This document shows, piece after piece, positions 17,261-26,693 of a stretch of 64,000 bases of DNA. Within the stretch, counting starts at the first letter, position 1, and every line of letters starts with the position of its first letter. The DNA is from an uncultured Candidatus Actinomarina sp. (GTDB lineage Bacteria; Actinomycetota; Acidimicrobiia; Actinomarinales; Actinomarinaceae). Location: assembly GCA_902595195.1 (NCBI GenBank), contig CACJPC010000001.1, positions 150,654-214,653 of the forward strand. The letters run 5' to 3'. The notes beneath the pieces are model-generated. The model had not been told where the DNA came from. It saw only the letters and a program-made list of their open reading frames with translations, and searched no databases. A program made the position numbers and the translations under genes.

Positions 17261-17719
17261 ATGAAATATATATCAGATGAAGACAAGATGAGAGTAGCTC
17301 TTGATGAAGCAAGAAAAGCTCTTGATATTGATGAAGTACCTGTAGGTGCAGCAATATTTGATAAAGACGATAACTTAATATGTGCAAATCACAATAGAAG
17401 AGAATTAGACCAAAACCCAATGTCCCATGCGGAAATCTTAGTTTTAGAAGAAGCTTCACAAATTTTAGGTACTTGGAGACTTGAAGAGACAACAATAGCT
17501 GTAACTTTAGAACCAGATGCTATGTGTGCTGGCGCCATTTCTTTATCTAGAGTTAAAAAATTAATATATGGAGCTCAAAATGAAAAAGCTGGAGCAGCTT
17601 ATTCATTGTATAACATACCTCAAGACCCCAGGTTAAATCACTTTGTTGAGATAAAAGATAATATTCTTTCGCATGAATCTAAAGATATATTATCCTCTTT
17701 CTTTGAAACTAAGAGATAA
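17261..17719 (+). CDS. tadA: tRNA adenosine(34) deaminase TadA, with an atypical zinc motif
   Basis: HAE catalytic motif (MSHAEILVLEEA) and the downstream block TLEPDAMCAGAI. The canonical form is PCxMCxGA; here codon GAT (17516-17518) encodes Asp at the first Cys position. Confidence 0.8.
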   Translation: MKYISDEDKMRVALDEARKALDIDEVPVGAAIFDKDDNLICANHNRRELDQNPMSHAEILVLEEASQILGTWRLEETTIAVTLEPDAMCAGAISLSRVKKLIYGAQNEKAGAAYSLYNIPQDPRLNHFVEIKDNILSHESKDILSSFFETKR

Positions 17720-17744
17720 CTAAAATAGAATCTCAGGTTTATTC

Positions 17745-17833
17745 GGAGGGATCGCATAGTCTGGCCTAGTGCGCACGCTTGGAAAGCGTGTAAGGGTTTA
17801 TCCCCTTCGAGGGTTCGAATCCCTCTCCCTCCG
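17745..17833 (+). tRNA. tRNA-Ser (anticodon GGA)
   Basis: GGAGGGA acceptor, anticodon stem-loop CACGC TTGGAAA GCGTG, long variable arm and T-arm GAGGG TTCGAAT CCCTC. Confidence 0.9.
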
Positions 17834-17847
17834 CGTAAAAACCATCT

Positions 17848-17933
17848 GGAGGGATGGCCGAGCGGACGAAGGCGATAGTCTTGAAAACTATTGTATGTAT
17901 TCCATACCGTGGGTTCGAATCCCACTCCCTCCG
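17848..17933 (+). tRNA. tRNA-Ser (anticodon UGA)
   Basis: GGAGGGA acceptor, ATAGT CTTGAAA ACTAT, long variable arm and T-arm GTGGG TTCGAAT CCCAC. Confidence 0.9.
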
Positions 17934-17940
17934 CTGACTT

Positions 17941-18027
17941 GGAGAGGTGACTGAGTGGCCTAAAGTGCTCGCCTGCTAAGCGAGTGGGGAAGAAATTCCC
18001 TCGAGGGTTCGAATCCCTCCCTCTCCG
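17941..18027 (+). tRNA. tRNA-Ser (anticodon GCU)
   Basis: GGAGAGG acceptor, CTCGC CTGCTAA GCGAG, long variable arm and T-arm GAGGG TTCGAAT CCCTC. Confidence 0.9.
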
Positions 18028-18031
18028 CAAA

Positions 18032-18105
18032 GCGCCCGTAGCTTAACTGGATAGAGCATCTGACTACGGATCAGAAGGTTGGGGGTTCGACTCCCTCCGG
18101 GCGTG
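18032..18105 (+). tRNA. tRNA-Arg (anticodon ACG; the substrate of TadA)
   Basis: GCGCCCG TA GCTT AACTGGATA GAGC A TCTGA CTACGGA TCAGA AGGTT GGGGG TTCGACT CCCTC CGGGCGT G. Confidence 0.9.
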
Positions 18106-18122
18106 CTCTATTTTTAATTAAA

Positions 18123-18788
18123 TTAGTAATTCCAGAGGGGTTCTTCTAAATTCCAATTAGTTTCATTGCCCCAAGTGTTCAAATAGGTAACTTCATCCAC
18201 AGGATTTCTTTTTGCAACACCCCATTTACCTAAAGGATAACCTGCAGTTATGACAGCATCTATCTTCCACCCTTTGTCGTTTGGGATATTTAAGATTTCA
18301 AAAGCTTTTTCAGGTTTAAACATTCCTAAAACGGTTGTTAAGCAAGTTCCTATACCATGCGCTCTTCCAGCAAGCATTATGCTCCAAATTGCAGGATATA
18401 TAGAAGAACCAGTTGGGTCATTTCTTGATAATACGACAAACATTGCAGGCACTTTGTGAAAATTTTCAGAGAGCCATGCTGCTGATTTACTAATTCGAAC
18501 TACTTGCTGAGCCTTTTCATCATCAAGGACATTAGATGCTCCCATGTCTGCAGTACCTCCATAAAATTCTTTAACATAAAAATCCCAAGCCTCTCTATAC
18601 GAATCTCCAAGTTGATTTTTTATTTCTGGATCAGTTACTACAATAAATTTCCAACCTTGACGATTAGAACCACTAGGTGCCCGAATACCAGCATCAACCA
18701 TTTGCTTTAAAACATCATCAGGAATTGGATCTTCACTAACTCTTCGCATTGCTCGTGTTGTATATAAAGCTTCGAATACATCCATCAC
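18123..18788 (-). CDS. nitroreductase family protein
   Basis: RAPSGSNRQGWKFIVV motif and the typical ~220 aa size. Confidence 0.8.
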   Translation of the reverse strand: MMDVFEALYTTRAMRRVSEDPIPDDVLKQMVDAGIRAPSGSNRQGWKFIVVTDPEIKNQLGDSYREAWDFYVKEFYGGTADMGASNVLDDEKAQQVVRISKSAAWLSENFHKVPAMFVVLSRNDPTGSSIYPAIWSIMLAGRAHGIGTCLTTVLGMFKPEKAFEILNIPNDKGWKIDAVITAGYPLGKWGVAKRNPVDEVTYLNTWGNETNWNLEEPLWNY

Positions 18789-18811
18789 ACAATCATACTA
18801 AAGTTAATTAA

Positions 18812-19624
18812 ATGGATGATAAATTAATTAAAGAAATTAAAGGTAATGTTGCGTATATTTGGATAAACAGACCAGATAAAAAAAATGCCCTTGATTCTGA
18901 TGTTTGGTTTGGGCTACCAAAAATTATTGAAGAAATAAATGACAAAGATGAAGCTAGTTGTATTGTTATATCTGGTAAAGGAGATAGCTTTTCCGCTGGT
19001 ATAGACATAACAATGTTCATGTCTGATATGAGCCTTAATGAGAATTTATCTTCGACACCTCAGGACAGGCGTGAATTGATGGACCTTGTCGAAAGGATGC
19101 AAGGTGCATTTACAACTATAGCTAAATCTAAAATACCAACGATTGCACTTGCTCATGGGTTTTGTATAGGCGGCGCTACTAGCTTAGTTTCTGCATGCGA
19201 CATTAGACTAGCCACCAAAGATGCAAAATTCTCCATTGGTGAAACAAAACTAGGCTTAGTCGCAGATGTAGGAGTTATTCAGAGAATGCCAAAAATTGTA
19301 TCAAGTGGAGATATGAATGAACTTGCACTTACAGGTCGAATTTTTGACGGTGAACACGCAGAAAAAATTAGATTTGTCAGCAAGGTATATGAAAACTCAG
19401 ATGATTTATTTGAAGCAGGAGAGAAGCTTGCAAATGAAATTTCATCTAACTCTAAAAGAATTGTTCAGGCAACCAAAGAAGCATTAGAAAAAAGCTCAAA
19501 TTTAACAGTTGACCAAGGACTTGAATACGCAAAACTCTGGAGTACTTCATTTTTAGTTTCAGAAGACCTCAGAGAGGGCGTGATGGCATTTCTTGAAAAA
19601 AGAGATCCTAAATTTAATGAATAG
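18812..19624 (+). CDS. enoyl-CoA hydratase/isomerase (crotonase) family protein
   Basis: NRPDKKNAL, ISGKGDSFSAGIDI and HGFCIGGA oxyanion-hole motifs. Confidence 0.85.
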   Translation: MDDKLIKEIKGNVAYIWINRPDKKNALDSDVWFGLPKIIEEINDKDEASCIVISGKGDSFSAGIDITMFMSDMSLNENLSSTPQDRRELMDLVERMQGAFTTIAKSKIPTIALAHGFCIGGATSLVSACDIRLATKDAKFSIGETKLGLVADVGVIQRMPKIVSSGDMNELALTGRIFDGEHAEKIRFVSKVYENSDDLFEAGEKLANEISSNSKRIVQATKEALEKSSNLTVDQGLEYAKLWSTSFLVSEDLREGVMAFLEKRDPKFNE

Positions 19625-20594
19625 AATTATAGGTTGAAATAGCAAACCTATCAGTCATTCCTGCAACATAATCAACAGAATTCTGAATCTCTGATTGTTC
19701 TTGTGAATAAGAACTAGGGAGCTTATCAGGATTATTTTTAAAATACTCAACCAGAACTTCTACAATTTTTTTTGCATCTGATCTTTGTTGCATTGATTCT
19801 TTTCTTAGATATACATTTTCAAACATGAACTCTCTTAATTCATTCATTATGTCTAATATCTCTTGGTCCATTCCTAGATCTCCACCATTGGAACCTTTGA
19901 ACACTCCAGAAATCAATGAATTTATCCAAGCTTTTCCTGGAGGACCCAGTGAAGAAATTATTTTTCTTGGTATGTCTTTCTCAGTCAAAACACCAGCCCT
20001 AATTGCGTCTTCTACATCATGAGATAAATAGGCAATTCTATCAGAAAACCTACATATCATACCTTCAGGCGCAAACGGAGGTTCCTCGTATCTCCACGGA
20101 TGTTTCTTAATACCATCTATTGTTTCTTTAGTTAGATTCAGAGGCTCAATAATAGAAAGCATTTTTACAGAATTTTCCGAATGGCTCCAGCCTCCGTCAA
20201 GCATTTCATTTAAAACGTCTTCACCTGTATGGCCAAAAGGAGAGTGTCCTACATCGTGTCCTAAACATATTGCTTCAGTAAGGTCTGGATTAAAACCCAG
20301 TGTTTTCGCAATAGATCTTCCAATTTGAGTGACATTCAGCGTGTGTGTCATTCTTGTAATAAAATGATCTCCATCCGGATTGATAAATACCTGTGTTTTG
20401 TGTTTTAATCTACGAAAAGTTTTTGAGTGAATGATTCTATCTCGATCTCTTTCAAAGCAAGTTCTAAAAGTATCTTGAGGTTCTTCCTGATTTCTTCCGA
20501 GTGAATCTCCAGAGAAGGTGGCGTAACTTGATAATGTTACGCGTTCATTTTGTTCTCTCCATTTTCTATCTCTTAAGATAAAAGAATCGTTCAT
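19614..20594 (-). CDS. dgt: dGTPase-like HD-domain triphosphohydrolase
   Basis: FERDRDRIIHSKTFRRLKHKTQVF, THTLNVTQI and GHDVGHSPFGH (HD motif). Confidence 0.8.
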   Translation of the reverse strand: MNDSFILRDRKWREQNERVTLSSYATFSGDSLGRNQEEPQDTFRTCFERDRDRIIHSKTFRRLKHKTQVFINPDGDHFITRMTHTLNVTQIGRSIAKTLGFNPDLTEAICLGHDVGHSPFGHTGEDVLNEMLDGGWSHSENSVKMLSIIEPLNLTKETIDGIKKHPWRYEEPPFAPEGMICRFSDRIAYLSHDVEDAIRAGVLTEKDIPRKIISSLGPPGKAWINSLISGVFKGSNGGDLGMDQEILDIMNELREFMFENVYLRKESMQQRSDAKKIVEVLVEYFKNNPDKLPSSYSQEQSEIQNSVDYVAGMTDRFAISTYNSIH

Positions 20595-20603
20595 ACAATT
20601 ACT

Positions 20604-21155
20604 TTACAAGTTGTGTTCTTCAAGTAAAGAAGTTAATTCCATCCAGTTATTTATATCTACAGCGCCTTTTACAGGTCTGTTGTACTCTCGTACAAATCGT
20701 AAAATTAATTTATCAGGAACCTCTCTTACATAATTTTCTATTTGGTGTGGTGCATCATCTATATAAGCATCACACTCAACTTTCCACTTATCTTCAATAA
20801 AATGTATTTCTCTTGAAGGAATTTTGTTTTCACCTAACCACATTAAGGTATCGTGTATTGACCACCATGGTTTCGAAGATAAAATAACAACTTCATGTCC
20901 TTCTTTGGAAAGCTCTGTCAAAACTTTCACAGAATTTTCATAGGTTTCCAAGTTTCTAAAGATTGAGCTTCCATTAATGTCTTTTGCCCAATTCCAGAAA
21001 TCTAGTTCTGTATTGAAATGCGTCAAAGGTTTAGATAATCCCCAATTAGTAATGTCTGATTCAGGTATCTCTTTGCCAAATTCTATTTTGTACTGCTCTG
21101 TCCAGCCTTTGGTAAAATTTGCAACAACCCCATCTAAGTCAACTCCTATTCTCAT
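20604..21155 (-). CDS. 5'(3')-deoxyribonucleotidase (HAD superfamily, NT5C-like)
   Basis: MRIGVDLDGVVANF (DxDxV HAD motif I). I trimmed the start from 21206 to ATG 21155, because the 17 upstream codons look non-native and would leave no room for the divergent dnaX promoter. Confidence 0.7.
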   Translation of the reverse strand: MRIGVDLDGVVANFTKGWTEQYKIEFGKEIPESDITNWGLSKPLTHFNTELDFWNWAKDINGSSIFRNLETYENSVKVLTELSKEGHEVVILSSKPWWSIHDTLMWLGENKIPSREIHFIEDKWKVECDAYIDDAPHQIENYVREVPDKLILRFVREYNRPVKGAVDINNWMELTSLLEEHNL

Positions 21156-21214
21156 TTGACTTAGTTTAATTGTATAGTGCATTATAGAAAGTAAAGATAT
21201 TACCATTTATAGAT

Positions 21215-22744
21215 ATGCAAGAAGCCTTATATAGAAAATACAGACCTGATAGCTTAAAAAAGCTAGTCGGACAACCTGATGCTGTTGCATTAATTGAAAA
21301 GCAAGTAAAGAATAATAATTTAAGTCATGCATATTTATTTTCTGGACCAAGGGGTGTTGGCAAAACCTCACTGGCAAGAATAATTGCTACTACTTTGGGT
21401 TGTGATCCGGTCTTTGATATAACTGAAATAGATGCAGCTTCCCACAATAAAGTTGATGACATTAGAGAATTAAACGACAGTATCAACTTTATAGCAAGCA
21501 GCCCAGGCAAAAAGAGAGTATTTATTTTAGATGAGGTACATATGTTATCTAACGCAGCTTCAAATGCATTTTTAAAAACTTTAGAGGAACCACCAGAGCA
21601 CGTGATATTCATACTTGCAACCACAGAACCTGAAAGAGTATTAGAAACTATTAAAAGCAGAACAACTCACATAGCTTTTAAAAGAATTGGGAATGATGAA
21701 ATTATAAGCACACTTAATGAGATTGGTAAAAATGAAAAAATAAAAATCAATGACGATGTCTTAAGCTATATTGCTAACCAAAGCGATGGTTCATTGCGTG
21801 ATGCAATAAATCTTTTTGAACAAACCCATAATACATTTGGTAATAAAGCAACTATCGATGACTTGTACAGTATTCTTGGAAAAGTTTCTATCGCTGATTT
21901 GCAACAAATTATTGAGTCTATAAATACACAAGACACATCCAAGATTCTAAACATTCTTAAAGCTAACTACAGCAAAGGTCTTCAGCCTTTAGATATCCTA
22001 AATTCTATTACTGAGTTATTTAGGAACATTTTTTACTTTAAATATCTGCCTGATGATGATACTTTTTTAGCTATTAGCGAAAGTGAAAACACATTAGTAA
22101 AACATTCGAATGAATTTATAACCGCCAAGCAGCTATCAAGAGTCTTAGATTTATTAGATGAACTTAACCAAACAATTGTCAATGCACCTTCTCAAGAACT
22201 AAAGTTGGAATTATTCCTCATTAAATTAATTAAACCCCAACTGGCATCTGATATAAAATCGATTTCAAGACGAGTCGACCTTTTAGAAGGTGAACAGAAC
22301 ATTCAAGAAGATGTTGTTAAAGAAATCCCTTCTTCAAAACAAACGCCTAAACCAAAACAAAATACTGAAAAAAAAACTAAAAGCACAATTAAAGCCCCAA
22401 AAAAAGATCTGGAAAATTTTGATGTATATTGGCCAAAGATACTTCAAGAAGGAAAGAACACACTTACACCTAGAAAATATTCCTATATTACTTTGGTAAG
22501 CCCCCAGATAGAAGACGAGGAAAACCTGACTCTTTATGTTGATGATGAAAATGAGTATTTAATTAATGAGTTAAAAAAATCGCAAGATATTTTGGAATTT
22601 ATTGAATCAGAAATTGCAAAAATAATGGGACTAAAAGTTTCTATACAAGTAAAGGAAGCAAAAGGCTTATCGGAAAACTCTAGTACAGAAAACAATGTTC
22701 AAGAAAATATTAGTGAAGTTTTTGATATCGAAAATATTGACTAA
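21215..22744 (+). CDS. dnaX: DNA polymerase III subunit tau (gamma/tau)
   Basis: Walker A GPRGVGKTS, DEVHMLS, sensor SRT and a Lys/Pro-rich linker after ~380 aa. Confidence 0.95.
   Translation: MQEALYRKYRPDSLKKLVGQPDAVALIEKQVKNNNLSHAYLFSGPRGVGKTSLARIIATTLGCDPVFDITEIDAASHNKVDDIRELNDSINFIASSPGKKRVFILDEVHMLSNAASNAFLKTLEEPPEHVIFILATTEPERVLETIKSRTTHIAFKRIGNDEIISTLNEIGKNEKIKINDDVLSYIANQSDGSLRDAINLFEQTHNTFGNKATIDDLYSILGKVSIADLQQIIESINTQDTSKILNILKANYSKGLQPLDILNSITELFRNIFYFKYLPDDDTFLAISESENTLVKHSNEFITAKQLSRVLDLLDELNQTIVNAPSQELKLELFLIKLIKPQLASDIKSISRRVDLLEGEQNIQEDVVKEIPSSKQTPKPKQNTEKKTKSTIKAPKKDLENFDVYWPKILQEGKNTLTPRKYSYITLVSPQIEDEENLTLYVDDENEYLINELKKSQDILEFIESEIAKIMGLKVSIQVKEAKGLSENSSTENNVQENISEVFDIENID
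22368..22380 (+). other. Candidate programmed -1 frameshift / transcriptional slippage site in dnaX (A9 run, then a -1 frame TAA)
   Basis: The zero frame reads GAA AAA AAA ACT AAA. The slippery heptamer A AAA AAA lies within 22368-22376. After a -1 shift the reading is AAC TAA (stop at 22378-22380), giving a product of about 388 aa. Confidence 0.35.
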
Positions 22745-23082
22745 TTTTCTTTAAGGTTCAATTCGCTTAAAGCGACTGTTATTCTTCGAGATCCTTGATT
22801 TTGAGCACTTTTACACAACTCTATAAAACTTCTTAACTCTCCAGTTCTGAATTTTTTTAGTTCGTCTCCAGGCTCAACTTTTGTGTTTCTTTCTCTTTCA
22901 AGTAATTTTATCTCTATTTCTTTAGCTCTCGCCAGATATGTACTGCTAACTTCAAAAAGCGTATCAACCCCATCTGCAATAGGGGGGTTAATATGCCCCA
23001 TTAACACATCTATATAATTGTTTATTTCCTCGTGCAATTCTTGTGCACTGGATAGACCTTTTTTTAATGGAAATTTTTGCAT
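22741..23082 (-). CDS. hypothetical protein (113 aa), translationally coupled to murJ
   Basis: TAATG overlap with the murJ stop. Soluble, charged and predicted helical. No family recognised. Confidence 0.55.
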   Translation of the reverse strand: MQKFPLKKGLSSAQELHEEINNYIDVLMGHINPPIADGVDTLFEVSSTYLARAKEIEIKLLERERNTKVEPGDELKKFRTGELRSFIELCKSAQNQGSRRITVALSELNLKEN

Positions 23083-24563
23083 TAGTTTCTTTTCGTTATA
23101 TTAATATATTCAAATTTTAGCAATACAAGAAAAGTAAAAGTCAAACCTACAATACTTACAAAGCTTGTTGAAAGTTGTATGAATGTACTTTCAAAAACTA
23201 ACAATTCGGAAAAAAAGAATGATAGTGCCAAAATTGCACATGATTTAATAACATCTTTAACTAGAGATAGATTAAGTATTTTTATATTTTTTACTTTTAA
23301 ATTAATCAGTAAATATATTGAATAAACAAATAAAGACAATGTTATTAGTAGAGCATAAGTCTGTGCATCTCTACTGTCTATAACAAGCAAAAGAATCGTA
23401 GTTAATACAGAAACAACAGTTCCGCTTATTACAGGAAACCAGAATATTTTTTGAACATAATATGATCTTGTAAGAACTTGATTCATAGACCAAGGCAATA
23501 TAGCAAAAACAACAATTGAAAATATACTGGTCACAGTTAATGTGTTTGTTGAATTAAAAGCTCCACGTTCGTAAATTATAGAAATTATAGATTCAGCATT
23601 AGCAAGACAGAAAACCATAACGGCACCATTGAATAAAAATAGATAAGAAAGCTGTTTTCTAACTAGAAGTACTAATTCTTCTATTTCGTCTGCCTTGAAT
23701 AATCTTGCAAGCAATGGATAACTTGCAACACCAATTGCTTGAGCAATTATACCAACTGGAAGTATGGCAATTCTGCGTGCGTATCTAAAAGTTGCAACAC
23801 TACCAACAGTAAGCATTGACCCAAAAATTCTGAAAAGCTGTTCATCTATTACAGCAATTGATTGTCCAACAACAAGGGGTAAAGAGATAAATAGATACTC
23901 TTTCAAATATCTCAGTCGAGGAGGAACAAAACTGTATTTAAGACCCGACCTTGATGCACCAATAACCTGAATTATTAAATGGCCAATTATTGAACCGACT
24001 AAAGTTCCTATAGCGAAACCTTTAACCGTACTTTCTGGAGAGCTAGAGTTGATCCAACCAAAAAATATAATCGTACTGTTGTAAACCAGTGGTGCAAGTG
24101 ATGCATATAAGAAGTTTTCCTTTAAATACTGATAAGACATAAGAATTGCGCCTATAAAAAAGAATATTTGACTGAATATAATTGGGGTAAATACCTCAAT
24201 AAAAAATGCAGGTGACTCAACATTTAGAACCTCTGACAATTGGTATCTAAACAAGAAAACTATGGCTGAAAACAAAATAAACACCAAAGACAACCCATAT
24301 AAAAGTGACAAGAAATAGTTATTTAATTCTTCTTCTGACTTACTACTCATCAAGGGAATCAGAGTTATGGCAAGGTAACCTCCAGCTGAAAGATAAAACA
24401 AGAAATCAGGAATTATAAATGCTAAATCAAGTGTGTCTGTCGCACCTGAAACACCAGTCCATTTAGCTAGAAGAATCTCTCTAAAAAATCCTAAAAGTCT
24501 ACTAGCAGCATATGAAGCTGTAACTATAGATATAGAACCCATCAATTTTTTATAGTTTTGCAT
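23082..24563 (-). CDS. murJ: lipid II flippase MurJ (MviN)
   Basis: 493 aa with about 14 TM helices. N-terminus SRLLGFFREILLAKWTG and GVASYPLLARL are typical of MurJ. Confidence 0.85.
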   Translation of the reverse strand: MQNYKKLMGSISIVTASYAASRLLGFFREILLAKWTGVSGATDTLDLAFIIPDFLFYLSAGGYLAITLIPLMSSKSEEELNNYFLSLLYGLSLVFILFSAIVFLFRYQLSEVLNVESPAFFIEVFTPIIFSQIFFFIGAILMSYQYLKENFLYASLAPLVYNSTIIFFGWINSSSPESTVKGFAIGTLVGSIIGHLIIQVIGASRSGLKYSFVPPRLRYLKEYLFISLPLVVGQSIAVIDEQLFRIFGSMLTVGSVATFRYARRIAILPVGIIAQAIGVASYPLLARLFKADEIEELVLLVRKQLSYLFLFNGAVMVFCLANAESIISIIYERGAFNSTNTLTVTSIFSIVVFAILPWSMNQVLTRSYYVQKIFWFPVISGTVVSVLTTILLLVIDSRDAQTYALLITLSLFVYSIYLLINLKVKNIKILNLSLVKDVIKSCAILALSFFFSELLVFESTFIQLSTSFVSIVGLTFTFLVLLKFEYINITKRN

Positions 24564-25428
24564 ATGCTTCTTCCATTCTAGATAATAAATTTAAGGGAAC
24601 TTTTATTGGATTATTTTCATAACCTATTCCGAGTAGATTACTTGGCTTATTTTCGCCATGAAAATCACTCCCACCAGAAATTAATAGATCTAAACTTTCA
24701 CAAATTTCAATAAGTCGAGCCTTTACAGAACTGTTATAACCTGGGTAGTAAACTTCTAGACCACTTAATCCCATTATTTTCATTTGTTTTAGATAATCAA
24801 AAAATTCTGAAGTAATCCAATTTTGATTTTTTTTGTATGATTCGCTACTCATAATCGTATGAGGGTGTGCTAAAAAAATTAATGATTTTGATTCTTTTGA
24901 TAATTGAATTATTTCTTCAATATCAAGTTGATGAGTATCTATATTGGGGATAATTCCATTTCTTAAAAATTTTGTAAAGGCTTCACTTACATTACTCACA
25001 TATTGTTTCTCAACCATTATTTGTGCAATGTGTGGTCTACCAGGCACCTTAGTCTTTACGAGATCTAGCTCAGATTTTTCAATATCTATGCCTGATTTCT
25101 TCAAGCTTTCAAGAATTATATAATTTCTCTCTTTTTTCTTGTTTCTAATCTCTTCAAGTCTTGTGTTTAAGCTTGTGTTTCTGTCTAAAAAATAGACTAA
25201 GAGATGAATACCAGCAAATGGATTTTTTGACTTTAATTCCTTCCAATCTGCACCAACTTCAATTCCTTTAATTATTTTTATGTCATTGTCGGAAGGCATC
25301 TCAGTTAAATATTCATGATCTGTTATTGATATTGCTTCTAACTGTAATTCCTTAGAAAGATTGACAATTTCCTCGACTGAGGAGGTTCCATCAGAATTAA
25401 CTGAGTGAATGTGCAAATCTATACTCAT
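24550..25428 (-). CDS. PHP-domain metal-dependent phosphoesterase
   Basis: IDLHIHSVNSDGT N-terminal motif, ITDHE and SGGSDFHG. Confidence 0.8.
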   Translation of the reverse strand: MSIDLHIHSVNSDGTSSVEEIVNLSKELQLEAISITDHEYLTEMPSDNDIKIIKGIEVGADWKELKSKNPFAGIHLLVYFLDRNTSLNTRLEEIRNKKKERNYIILESLKKSGIDIEKSELDLVKTKVPGRPHIAQIMVEKQYVSNVSEAFTKFLRNGIIPNIDTHQLDIEEIIQLSKESKSLIFLAHPHTIMSSESYKKNQNWITSEFFDYLKQMKIMGLSGLEVYYPGYNSSVKARLIEICESLDLLISGGSDFHGENKPSNLLGIGYENNPIKVPLNLLSRMEEAYAKL

Positions 25429-25475
25429 AAAAACTAGAGTACTAGGGTCTTTAATTCTTTAATAAATTAATTAGA

Positions 25476-26693
25476 ATGTTTCCAATGAAATTAATCGTAC
25501 AAAAATTTGGTGGAACTAGCGTAGCTAACACAAGCTCGTTAAAAATAGTTGCGGAAAGAATAATTGACCGTAAGAAAGAAGGTTATGAAGTTGTAGTTGT
25601 GCCTTCAGCAATGGGTTCCAGCACAGATGAATTAATTGATTTAGCCAATGAGCTTTCCGAGAAACCTACTCCACGTGAGATGGACATGTTGCTATCTGCT
25701 GGCGAGAGAATAACCATGTCACTACTTTCAATGCATTTAAATAGTTTGGGTCATAGTTCATTTTCTCTTACAGGTTCTCAAGCTGGAATAATTACTACAT
25801 CTAGGCACGGCAAAGCAGAAATTGAAGAAATCTCAGGTGAAAGAGTTAGAGAAGGCATTGAAAGAGGAGACATTGTTATTGTTGCTGGATTCCAAGGTTT
25901 TAATCGTGACACGAGAGAAATAACTACCTTAGGCAGAGGAGGATCTGATGCCACTGCGGTTGCTTTAGCAGCTGCTCTAGGTGCTGAAAAGTGTGAAATA
26001 TTTACTGATGTGGAAGGAATATTTACTGCAGATCCGAGAATTATTGAGTCAGCAAAGTTAATTGATGAGATTACTTACGACGAGATGCTTGAAATGTCTT
26101 CTTCAGGAGCAGGCGTATTAATGGCTAGGTCTGTAGAATTTGGTAGAAGGTATAATGTGCCAATAATTGTAAAATCAACTTTTACAAACAACAAAGGTAC
26201 CGTAGTGAAAGAAAAAACAATGGAAGAGGCAATTGTAAGTGGGGTAACCCACAATGATAAAGAAGTTAAGTTCACACTTTTTGGTGTTCCTGATCAGCCA
26301 GGTATTGCAGGTACAGTTTTTGGGTCTCTTTCAGAGATTGGAACAAATGTTGATATGATTGTTCAGAACGTTTCTAAAGAATCAATTACTGATATTTCAT
26401 TTACTGCTCCCTCCGAACAACAAAAAGATGTAGAAGATACTTTAAAAAACATTTCAAAACAACTCGATGCAAAAGGTTATGACGTAGACGAAAATATTGC
26501 TCGAATTTCCATAATAGGAGCAGGAATGAAATCAGAATCGGGAGTTGCCTCAAAAATGTTTAAAACTTTGGGAGATAATAAAATTAATATATCAATGATA
26601 TCTACTTCTCCTATTAGAGTATCCTGTGTTATCAGTAGTAATGATATTGAGAAGGCTCTTAATGTCTTACATGAAGAATTCATAACAAACTAA
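25476..26693 (+). CDS. lysC: aspartate kinase
   Basis: VQKFGGTSV, GRGGSDATAVALAAAL and C-terminal ACT repeats. The true start could be the ATG at 25485. Confidence 0.95.
   Translation: MFPMKLIVQKFGGTSVANTSSLKIVAERIIDRKKEGYEVVVVPSAMGSSTDELIDLANELSEKPTPREMDMLLSAGERITMSLLSMHLNSLGHSSFSLTGSQAGIITTSRHGKAEIEEISGERVREGIERGDIVIVAGFQGFNRDTREITTLGRGGSDATAVALAAALGAEKCEIFTDVEGIFTADPRIIESAKLIDEITYDEMLEMSSSGAGVLMARSVEFGRRYNVPIIVKSTFTNNKGTVVKEKTMEEAIVSGVTHNDKEVKFTLFGVPDQPGIAGTVFGSLSEIGTNVDMIVQNVSKESITDISFTAPSEQQKDVEDTLKNISKQLDAKGYDVDENIARISIIGAGMKSESGVASKMFKTLGDNKINISMISTSPIRVSCVISSNDIEKALNVLHEEFITN

Noticed and set aside
17638-18030. 130-aa minus-strand ORF and 61-aa plus-strand ORF (17769..17954) from the ORF track
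   Set aside because: They lie entirely over four tandem tRNA genes (Ser x3, Arg). The Arg/Gly/Pro-rich translations are typical artefacts of GC-rich tRNA sequence.
21156-21214. SRP RNA (ffs) expected upstream of dnaX, and ybaB/recR expected downstream
   Set aside because: Only about 60 nt separate dnaX from the divergent nucleotidase gene, which is too short for ffs. Downstream is a convergent unrelated gene. The usual ffs-dnaX-ybaB-recR synteny is simply absent here.
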